Origin: a virus
Taxonomy: Duplodnaviria > Caudoviricetes
Reading direction: 5' to 3' (one strand)
DNA: 64,000 nucleotides
IMG/VR virus record: IMGVR_UViG_3300021399_000126
Coordinates: 1-64,000 of that record
The translations under genes were made by a program, and so were the position numbers. The notes under the pieces are model-generated. The model searched no databases. It was not told where the DNA came from and saw only the letters and a program-made list of their open reading frames with translations. Positions 56,585 to 64,000 of the stretch are shown in pieces; within the stretch, counting starts at the first letter, position 1, and each line of letters starts with the position of its first letter.

Positions 56585-58426
56585 CTATTTTATAGTTAAG
56601 ACCTGACCAACTTGTATCTTATTAGGATTCTCGATTTTATTGGCCTCAACTAGTTTCTTTACTGTAGTATTATATCGTTTAGCGATAGATGAAAGGGTAT
56701 CGCCCTTAACTACTACATAAGGTTTTTCAGTCTCTTTTCGGCTGGCTACAATTTTATTAACTTCTTCCTGAACAGCTCTAGCGTTATATCCAGCAGCTGT
56801 AAGTTTGATTGTTCTAGCGGGATTATTGCCCCATACACCAGCTAAAACTTCATTAGCCAACTGAACAATCGACTTATTAGTTTTGAATGTAGATCTCTCT
56901 TTAATGATTCGATCGACTTCAGCCTGGACTGCTGTATATTTAGCTCCTAGAGCTTTCTTTCTATCTTCTCCATTGCCATATTTACCTGCCAAAACATCCT
57001 GAGCTAATTCTGCTATTGATTTCTCAACAGTGGTGTATTTATCAGGTGTTTCTATTTCTGTATGATCAAATTTAGTATAGAAATAATCCTTATCAACCAC
57101 AATACCATCAATGTTATTTGTATCTAAGTAATTTGCTGTTCCACCATATTGCCAGATATCAATAGTATTACCTGACGTAATAATCGGAGCTTTAGATGAA
57201 TATCTTGCAACCCAGTGGTAATACTTAGAAAGTTCTTTATCATTAAATCTGGTATTGAATTGAGATTCTGATGTGTAAATACCAACCTTATAGCCATAAG
57301 ATTCCATTGTTTGGCAGAAGGCTTTGATTATGTTTGTAAGATGATCATAACCTTGGTTAAGCATCTTTCCTTCTACATCGTACCATACATAATGGATGTC
57401 TTTGCCATCTATGATAGATTTGAAGTAGTTTGCTTCCTTGACAGCATCTTCATTAGAGAATGCATTACCAAAGAAATATACACCATTAAGCATGCCGGCA
57501 GCTTTAGCCTGATGGTAGAAATCTTCAAATATAGAATCCTGATATAATCCAGCATCAGCTCCACCAGCCTTAATAATGACCTGAGTATATCCCTGTCTTT
57601 TAGCAGATGCTAATACAAGATTTTTCTGATATCTCGCTATGTCTATTCCCTTTGTAGGATCTTCAGGAGGATATACAACTGTCGTCGGCTTTGACGGTTC
57701 TGCTGAAGAAGTCGGTATCTTTATGATTTGACCTACTTGTATAAGGTTGGGGTTTGTGATTTCAGGATTAATAGCTAATATGGCATCTACAGTTGTACCA
57801 TATTTATATGCTATAGCACTGAGAGTGTCTCCTGGTTGAACAGTATACTCTATATAAGGTACTGAGGGCTCTGGAGCAGGCTGAGGTTCGGGCTTATTGG
57901 TATAGTCTATCCACTTTGTAAGAAGACCATAGTCAGTCCAAGAATAAGCCTGAGAAGATGATCCTTTATATCTTAGTCGTCTACCTTGAGAATCGACATA
58001 AGAATATAATACTTTTCCTTCCCATGCTCCGGTACACTCAACTACATTATATACTTTACCATCTTCAGCTGTGAAGTCACCAATATAAACTCCGGCATGA
58101 GGATGGTTTGACAAGTAAAGATATGTTCCGGGAACACAAATCTTTGAGAAATCTTTTGATATGCCGGTACATTGCATGAGGAGATGGTATCCGTCACAAT
58201 CTCCAGTAGGGAAAGAGGAGGGAGAAACATAATAGCCATCTACTCTTACATCTGACCATCCGCCTAAGATTGACTTTATAAGATTCCAACAATCAAAAGA
58301 AAAACGTCCCTTACTAGCATCGTAATAACCACAGTTCCGTGGGAAATGGTTATCATAGATGTTAGGGACATCATGAGCAAGTTTCAACTTATCGAGAAAC
58401 TGCTGCTGTGTCATAACTATAGCCAT
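56585..58426 (-). CDS. Modular endolysin: NlpC/P60-like peptidase, LysM, GH25 muramidase, 2x CW_7, LysM
   Basis: FDCWNLIK...HAGVY..VVECT; YTVQPGDTLSAIA; GIDIARYQ...YDVE...WQY; A..VLAG.YGNG..RK x2; YVVVKGDTLSSIA. Confidence 0.9.
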   Translation of the reverse strand: MAIVMTQQQFLDKLKLAHDVPNIYDNHFPRNCGYYDASKGRFSFDCWNLIKSILGGWSDVRVDGYYVSPSSFPTGDCDGYHLLMQCTGISKDFSKICVPGTYLYLSNHPHAGVYIGDFTAEDGKVYNVVECTGAWEGKVLYSYVDSQGRRLRYKGSSSQAYSWTDYGLLTKWIDYTNKPEPQPAPEPSVPYIEYTVQPGDTLSAIAYKYGTTVDAILAINPEITNPNLIQVGQIIKIPTSSAEPSKPTTVVYPPEDPTKGIDIARYQKNLVLASAKRQGYTQVIIKAGGADAGLYQDSIFEDFYHQAKAAGMLNGVYFFGNAFSNEDAVKEANYFKSIIDGKDIHYVWYDVEGKMLNQGYDHLTNIIKAFCQTMESYGYKVGIYTSESQFNTRFNDKELSKYYHWVARYSSKAPIITSGNTIDIWQYGGTANYLDTNNIDGIVVDKDYFYTKFDHTEIETPDKYTTVEKSIAELAQDVLAGKYGNGEDRKKALGAKYTAVQAEVDRIIKERSTFKTNKSIVQLANEVLAGVWGNNPARTIKLTAAGYNARAVQEEVNKIVASRKETEKPYVVVKGDTLSSIAKRYNTTVKKLVEANKIENPNKIQVGQVLTIK

Positions 58427-58495
58427 TTGCTCATCTCCTTTTCTTTTTACTATCTCTAAAATATTCGATAGTCGTTATTAAATTTAAGAGCATGA

Positions 58496-58529
58496 TTAGG
58501 CCTCCCATAAATAGTATTGGAAGGCCTAG
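58496..58529 (-). terminator. Hairpin after the giant LRR gene
   Basis: UAGGCCUUCCA-loop-UGGGAGGCCUA. Confidence 0.5.
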
Positions 58530-58562
58530 AATTAAGATTAATAATATATTAGTCATTTTGAA

Positions 58563-61500
58563 TTAATATTGTATTATACCAAATTTACTACTAATTTGAG
58601 ATAGCCAAGTAGCATATGGTTCTGCTGATAAATATCTAGAATAATAAGCTGTTGGAACTTGTATCAAAAATGCACTTTTTATAGTTATTCCAGAATGCAT
58701 AGAAACAACTCGATTTCCAAATTTTACAAGATTTATACAACTTGGTAACCCATAATCTCCAATTTCTTCAACATTTAATAACTCTAATAAAGTTAGTGAT
58801 GTACCATATAAAGCACGTGAACCTATATATTTCAGTTTTGGAGCTGAAAAATATTTTAATTTACTACAACTATAAAAAGCATAATCATAAATACTTAAAC
58901 ATTCTGGTAAAGAAATAGTTGATATACTTTCATGTTGACTAAATACACTAGATCCTATATACGTACATTTAGGTAAATAGATTGAACTCGTGGTCCACGA
59001 TACAGTTATAGAATAGTCTAATCCAGATTGTAAATTTGATAATGATAAGTATCTATTAGCATATATTTTAAAATTAGTACTTGCTGGTAATCTTGAAAAA
59101 CCTAATGTAATATTTGATCCAGAAATAATCATACTAGTAGAAGGATCAATTGATATATTTGATAATTTTGGCATATACACATTATTAGCACTTATATAAC
59201 AATATGAAAAATTCCCACGAGATACATATAACACATTCAATGTTTCCAACATTGGACAATTAATATTTGATCTTGCTGATATTCTATTATTAAAAGTGTT
59301 TGTATTAATAATCGAACAATTTGGTAAATTTAAAACTGAAAATATTGTATTTCTATCAATGTTATAGCCACTACTATTAAAATCCGGGAGTGATCCGCGT
59401 GGGTTATAATCACCAGTAATTCTTAAATCACAATATTCCGTTATAGCACTAGCTCCAAAAGTCATATCATAAATAGCTACAAAATATCTACTATTATATG
59501 TATGTGTAATAAAAGTTGATACACTTATTAAATTCAATGACGATAACTGAACATCCTGTAAATATAATGTACTCATATAAGATGGTAAAACTGTCTGATA
59601 ATTACTGTAATTATAAAATGGATAATAATTACCAATCAATAATGTACCTTTTGAAAACTTTGGTAATGAAATATTAAAATTAGCTGGAAATGTTTCGCTA
59701 GTAGACCATTGTCCTGGACCATGTATCCAAACGTATCCTTCTTCTAATTTTGGAAACGATATATTAAAATTATATATATAAGAACTATGAAGATTTCCAC
59801 CTATATCCATAGCATTATCTATCCATCCATTAAAATATAATGCCCCATTACCTGTTATTTTCTTTAATTTTGGTATCTCTATATAACCAGTATTCCATAT
59901 CTCTAAGGTTTGTCTTTTTTCGGATTCCGTTACAGTATAATATATATTATTACCATCAGTCCAAATATCTTGACCGTAAAAATAATTAGAATTTCTAAGT
60001 CCAGACCAAATCATTTTATACCATATATGAGTTGATTTATTTAATTTATATTGTTCTTCAGTAGTACGACCACCACTATAATATATATTAGTTCCATCTG
60101 TCCAAATATTTTGACCGTAAAAATAATATGGACTATAAAAATCTATTTCCACCCAAGTATTAGTAGAAATATTTAATTTATATTGAGGGGTGTCACCGTA
60201 ATAATAGCTATAATATATATTAGAACCATCAGTCCAAACATAATTGCCATCAAAATCAGTCAACCCATGCCAAGTCATTTTAGACCAAGTATGAGTTGAT
60301 TTATTTAATTTATATTGACTACTATTAATACTATAATATATATTATTTCCTTCTTTCCAAATGTATTCTCCATTAAAATTAGTCAACCCAGACCAAGTCA
60401 TTGGTTCCCAAGTATTTATTGATTTGTTTAATACATATTGATTAGTTCCTGAACTATAATATGTATCTATTCCATCTGTCCATATATAAGAACCATAAAA
60501 ATTTGTTAATCCAGACCAATTTATTTTAGACCATTTACGATTTTCAATATTAAATTTATATTGCTTATCACCATAACTATAATATACATTTAATCCTTCA
60601 TGCCATACACCAACACCTCGCATTTGGTAAGTTGGTCCATACCAATCAAATATTGACCATGTATGTGTGCTAATATCTAATTTATATTGAAGATAATTAC
60701 TTCGTGAATCATAAGCGGAATAGTACACATTAGTTCCATCAGTCCAAACATAATTGCCGTTAAAATCTGTTAATCCAGACCAAGTCATTCGAGACCATGT
60801 ATTAGTACTAAAATCTAATTTATATTGAGTAGATGAACTGCTATAATATATATTATAACCATCAGTCCAAACATAATTACCATTAAAACTGGTTAATCCA
60901 GACCAAGTCATTTTGGACCATTTATGAGTACTAGAATCTAATTTATATTGAATAGATGAACTGCTATAATATACATCACTGCCACTCTTCCAAATATATT
61001 GACCATAAAAATCTGTTAAACCAGACCAATTCATTTTAGACCACGTATGAGTACTAATATCTAATTTATATTGAGTAGATGAATCGCTATAATATATATC
61101 TGTTCCATCAGTCCAAACATAATTACCATACAAATCTGTCAACCCAGACCAAGTCATTGGTTCCCAAGTATTTATTGATTTGTTTAATACATATTGATTA
61201 GTTCCTGAACTATAATATGTATCTATTCCATCAGACCACATACGACTACCAGATGCATTTTCTGGTAATCCAATCCAATTTATTTTAGACCATTCATTTG
61301 TGTTTCTATCCAGTATATATTGATCGTGCCTAATACTTTGATATATATCGGTTCCATCTGTCCATATGCAAGAGCCATCTAATGTGCATGCTGGGCCAAT
61401 AAATGTTGTCTCAATCCAAGTATTTGTTACTTCATCTAATATAAATTGATCATTATGATTATATTGATTACCATAATAACTATAATATATATTGACTCCA

Positions 61501-63680
61501 TCAGTCCAAACATTAACACCATCTAATTCATCATATCCATTCCAAGTTTCTTCTGACCATATTCTAGTATTTTTATCTAATATAAATTGTTTATTCGTAT
61601 CACCAGTTGGTTTATAACTATAGTATATTTTATCACCATTATTCCATATTTTAGAGCCATCAAAATTTTCTGCTTTGCTAAGTTGTGTATATTTATTCCA
61701 TGTATGTGTACTGATATCTAATTTATATTGTTTAAGACCTCGTGTATAATATATATCCGTTTCATCTGTCCATATGCAAGAGCCATCGAAATCTGTAAAT
61801 CCATACCAAGTCATTGTTTCCCAAGTACTAGTTTCTATAATAAGCTTATAATGATGATATTCGCCAGATTGACTATTGGTTGAAGAATAATATATATCTG
61901 TTCCATCTGTCCATATATTATAGCCATCGAAATCTGTTAATCCAGACCAAGTCATTGGTTCCCAAGTATTAGTTGACCTATTTAATTTATACTGTTGATT
62001 TGCTTTATATTGATTAGATGAACTACTATAATATATATCTGTACCATCGGTCCATATATAATAACCATAAAAAGCTATTAATTCTATACCATGCCATGAT
62101 ATTTTTATCCACTTATTGTTATTTTTATCTAATTTATAATGATTATATTCATAACTATAATATATATCATTGCCATCATGCCAAATGCCATTCCCATTAT
62201 AATTATGTAAGCCATCTATTTCATAATTAATCCATGTTTCATTATCTACCAATTTTTGATTAGTATTAAAATGCTCAGAATTAATTTCTATTTCTTCACA
62301 TTTATCACAAATTAATTCATTAATACCTAATGCACCAGTATCATAGCTGCTTAGTAAATTAGCAATTAATTTATTGCCACCAAATTCTATTCTATTAACC
62401 ATATTTAAATACTGATTAGTCACAGCTATCTCTAATGTATATTCACTACTCCATAATATTAATTCTGAAAGTTTTGGTAGAATATAAGTATTAATTAATG
62501 GTGTTTTATAAAAACCATTAAGACCATTTCCTAAAAAAGTAAATGATGTACAATTTGGTAATTTCAATATCGATAAACTTGAGCAGCCATTAAATGCATA
62601 TTCTTTAACTGTCTCGCATCTTGATAATGTAATTTTTGATAAATATGAACATCCTTTAAAAGCATGTGACTCTATAAATCTACATGCTGGTGCAAAAACT
62701 TCTCTTAAATATTCGAAATTTGTAGTATCTGACGTAAATATTGATAATTTTGGTACGTATAAATATCCTATACCACTACTTACAAAACTTAATATGGTTT
62801 TTGATATAGTTTCACAATTTTCAAGATATAAAGCATCTACAAGAATATAAGCATTGCTTATGATTTTACACTTTGGAAAATATGCATCACAAGCAAGAAC
62901 CATTCTTACTGATTGTGGATAACTATTACTAATACCGGATATATAGCTAACATTATTAAAATATAATGATTTTTGTGATTCAACAATAGAGCCAAATGGA
63001 TAATTTATAAGCGATTCATTATCAATGTATGAATAACCTAACAAATATAACTCTTTTAAACTACTACAATCTCGAAATACTTCATAACCTAATGATGATA
63101 CTTTTGGAATCGTAATACTAGATAATTTTGAACATCCATAAAAAGCCCAAGAATCTATTTTTTTACATTCTGGTAAATATACAGTTTCTAAATTACGACA
63201 TCCGTCCCAACTTCTACTCGCAACAAATGCATATTTACCAATCCATTCACATTTATTTAAATATATCTCTTTTAAATTTGTACATCCATAAAATGCATTA
63301 TATATTGTATAACCATCACTGGCTGATTCTATATAAGAAACATTTGGAAGACTTAATGTAGTTAAACTATAACATCCGTAAAAAGTTTGTTCACCTATAA
63401 ACTCTAATTTATCGGCATTTATTTCTTCTATGTTAATACCATCATAATGATCTTGACCAATTAATCGTCCTTGTATAGTTTTAACGTTCGGCATATCTAA
63501 TTTTTTTAAATTACGCATATACCAACTACTAGTACCAAATAATCCACTTCTAACATTACTTAATATACCAGTATTTAGATATGTTAGAGATTGTAAATCG
63601 CCATTTTGATATGCTTTTACATAATCGTCAACTGATAAATAAGTTTCACTATTATGTTGTTCAATAAGAGCTTCTGCCAT
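58563..63680 (-). CDS. BspA-type LRR protein with an inserted array of 18 Kelch-like beta-propeller repeats
   Basis: I...AF.GC..L..I.LP repeats at both ends; central repeats WSGLT.F.G.Y(I/V)WTDG..IYYS....QYKL..ST.TW. Confidence 0.8.
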   Translation of the reverse strand: MAEALIEQHNSETYLSVDDYVKAYQNGDLQSLTYLNTGILSNVRSGLFGTSSWYMRNLKKLDMPNVKTIQGRLIGQDHYDGINIEEINADKLEFIGEQTFYGCYSLTTLSLPNVSYIESASDGYTIYNAFYGCTNLKEIYLNKCEWIGKYAFVASRSWDGCRNLETVYLPECKKIDSWAFYGCSKLSSITIPKVSSLGYEVFRDCSSLKELYLLGYSYIDNESLINYPFGSIVESQKSLYFNNVSYISGISNSYPQSVRMVLACDAYFPKCKIISNAYILVDALYLENCETISKTILSFVSSGIGYLYVPKLSIFTSDTTNFEYLREVFAPACRFIESHAFKGCSYLSKITLSRCETVKEYAFNGCSSLSILKLPNCTSFTFLGNGLNGFYKTPLINTYILPKLSELILWSSEYTLEIAVTNQYLNMVNRIEFGGNKLIANLLSSYDTGALGINELICDKCEEIEINSEHFNTNQKLVDNETWINYEIDGLHNYNGNGIWHDGNDIYYSYEYNHYKLDKNNNKWIKISWHGIELIAFYGYYIWTDGTDIYYSSSSNQYKANQQYKLNRSTNTWEPMTWSGLTDFDGYNIWTDGTDIYYSSTNSQSGEYHHYKLIIETSTWETMTWYGFTDFDGSCIWTDETDIYYTRGLKQYKLDISTHTWNKYTQLSKAENFDGSKIWNNGDKIYYSYKPTGDTNKQFILDKNTRIWSEETWNGYDELDGVNVWTDGVNIYYSYYGNQYNHNDQFILDEVTNTWIETTFIGPACTLDGSCIWTDGTDIYQSIRHDQYILDRNTNEWSKINWIGLPENASGSRMWSDGIDTYYSSGTNQYVLNKSINTWEPMTWSGLTDLYGNYVWTDGTDIYYSDSSTQYKLDISTHTWSKMNWSGLTDFYGQYIWKSGSDVYYSSSSIQYKLDSSTHKWSKMTWSGLTSFNGNYVWTDGYNIYYSSSSTQYKLDFSTNTWSRMTWSGLTDFNGNYVWTDGTNVYYSAYDSRSNYLQYKLDISTHTWSIFDWYGPTYQMRGVGVWHEGLNVYYSYGDKQYKFNIENRKWSKINWSGLTNFYGSYIWTDGIDTYYSSGTNQYVLNKSINTWEPMTWSGLTNFNGEYIWKEGNNIYYSINSSQYKLNKSTHTWSKMTWHGLTDFDGNYVWTDGSNIYYSYYYGDTPQYKLNISTNTWVEIDFYSPYYFYGQNIWTDGTNIYYSGGRTTEEQYKLNKSTHIWYKMIWSGLRNSNYFYGQDIWTDGNNIYYTVTESEKRQTLEIWNTGYIEIPKLKKITGNGALYFNGWIDNAMDIGGNLHSSYIYNFNISFPKLEEGYVWIHGPGQWSTSETFPANFNISLPKFSKGTLLIGNYYPFYNYSNYQTVLPSYMSTLYLQDVQLSSLNLISVSTFITHTYNSRYFVAIYDMTFGASAITEYCDLRITGDYNPRGSLPDFNSSGYNIDRNTIFSVLNLPNCSIINTNTFNNRISARSNINCPMLETLNVLYVSRGNFSYCYISANNVYMPKLSNISIDPSTSMIISGSNITLGFSRLPASTNFKIYANRYLSLSNLQSGLDYSITVSWTTSSIYLPKCTYIGSSVFSQHESISTISLPECLSIYDYAFYSCSKLKYFSAPKLKYIGSRALYGTSLTLLELLNVEEIGDYGLPSCINLVKFGNRVVSMHSGITIKSAFLIQVPTAYYSRYLSAEPYATWLSQISSKFGIIQY

Positions 63681-63685
63681 AATTA

Positions 63686-64000
63686 TTATTCTCCTTTACC
63701 AGTCCACATTAAATGGTCACTTAATAAACCCCATACTGAATGATTTAAAAATTGTTCAGTTATTGTTGATGGTATAATTATTATATACTCACTATTCATA
63801 TTATCAAAAGCATCAATACTTTCTAATATTGGAGGTGCTGATACGCTTGTTAATATAATTTGACTTAATGATTGACATCCATCAAAAGCATGCGATCCTA
63901 CATATTCCAAAGTACTATATCCAAAATGAAAAACTCCAGAATATAAAGAACAATTATAAAAAGCATATTCATGAACACTGATCAATCCAGTTGGACCATT
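63686..64000 (-). CDS. C-terminal part of a BspA-type LRR protein (continues beyond the window)
   Basis: HEYAFYNC, VGSHAFDGCQSL, PPIL...AF...I.IP; frame open to the window edge. Confidence 0.7.
   Translation of the reverse strand, partial: NGPTGLISVHEYAFYNCSLYSGVFHFGYSTLEYVGSHAFDGCQSLSQIILTSVSAPPILESIDAFDNMNSEYIIIIPSTITEQFLNHSVWGLLSDHLMWTGKGE

Noticed and set aside
60382-61232. Diversity-generating retroelement TR/VR pair
   Set aside because: The copies are identical, in frame within one repeat protein, show no adenine-specific mismatches, and no reverse transcriptase is in the window
4667-63361. All plus-strand ORFs in the ORF track
   Set aside because: They are antisense shadows of minus-strand genes with low-complexity Ile/Ser/Phe composition and no convincing RBS
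1-64000. Integrase, IS element or alternative genetic code
   Set aside because: No recombinase or transposase motifs seen; long genes are intact under the standard code, with TAA, TAG and TGA all used as stops

Overview
A 64-kb segment of an AT-rich (roughly 30% GC by eye) tailed dsDNA bacteriophage. The host is probably a gut or rumen Bacillota, judged from AGGAGG Shine-Dalgarno sites and a GH25/LysM/CW_7 endolysin. Essentially every real gene is on the minus strand. In transcription order (right to left) the window holds: BspA-LRR/beta-propeller adhesin-like genes; a lysis module; tail-fibre and carbohydrate-binding genes; about 38 kb of small early/accessory genes (two canonical tRNAs, one aberrant tRNA, RNA ligase, NDT-like, VWA, PurA-like, GT2, endonuclease V-like, DUF6353-like paralogues); an iteron-rich putative origin; a fused helicase-primase-exonuclease-PolB replicase; SSB; SF2 helicase; two PD-(D/E)XK nucleases; and a 957-aa single-chain double-psi-barrel RNA polymerase (DFDGD) with built-in HTH motifs. 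The most striking feature is a private transcription system. There are 27 same-strand copies of (T/A)CGCA-N14-TATAAT-like with invariant spacing, often followed within 0-5 nt by a Shine-Dalgarno site or a 5' hairpin, which is incompatible with sigma-A start-site geometry. Most copies head a promoter-ORF-hairpin cassette whose 3' hairpin has a conserved U.G wobble. Additional layers are a strand-polarised RTCCGTACAA box (ori and promoters), an ATTATATTT box before RBSs, mini tRNA-like elements, a pseudoknot and several covarying hairpins. No integrase, reverse transcriptase or CRISPR array is visible. All calls come from motif reading by eye; no database searches were run.
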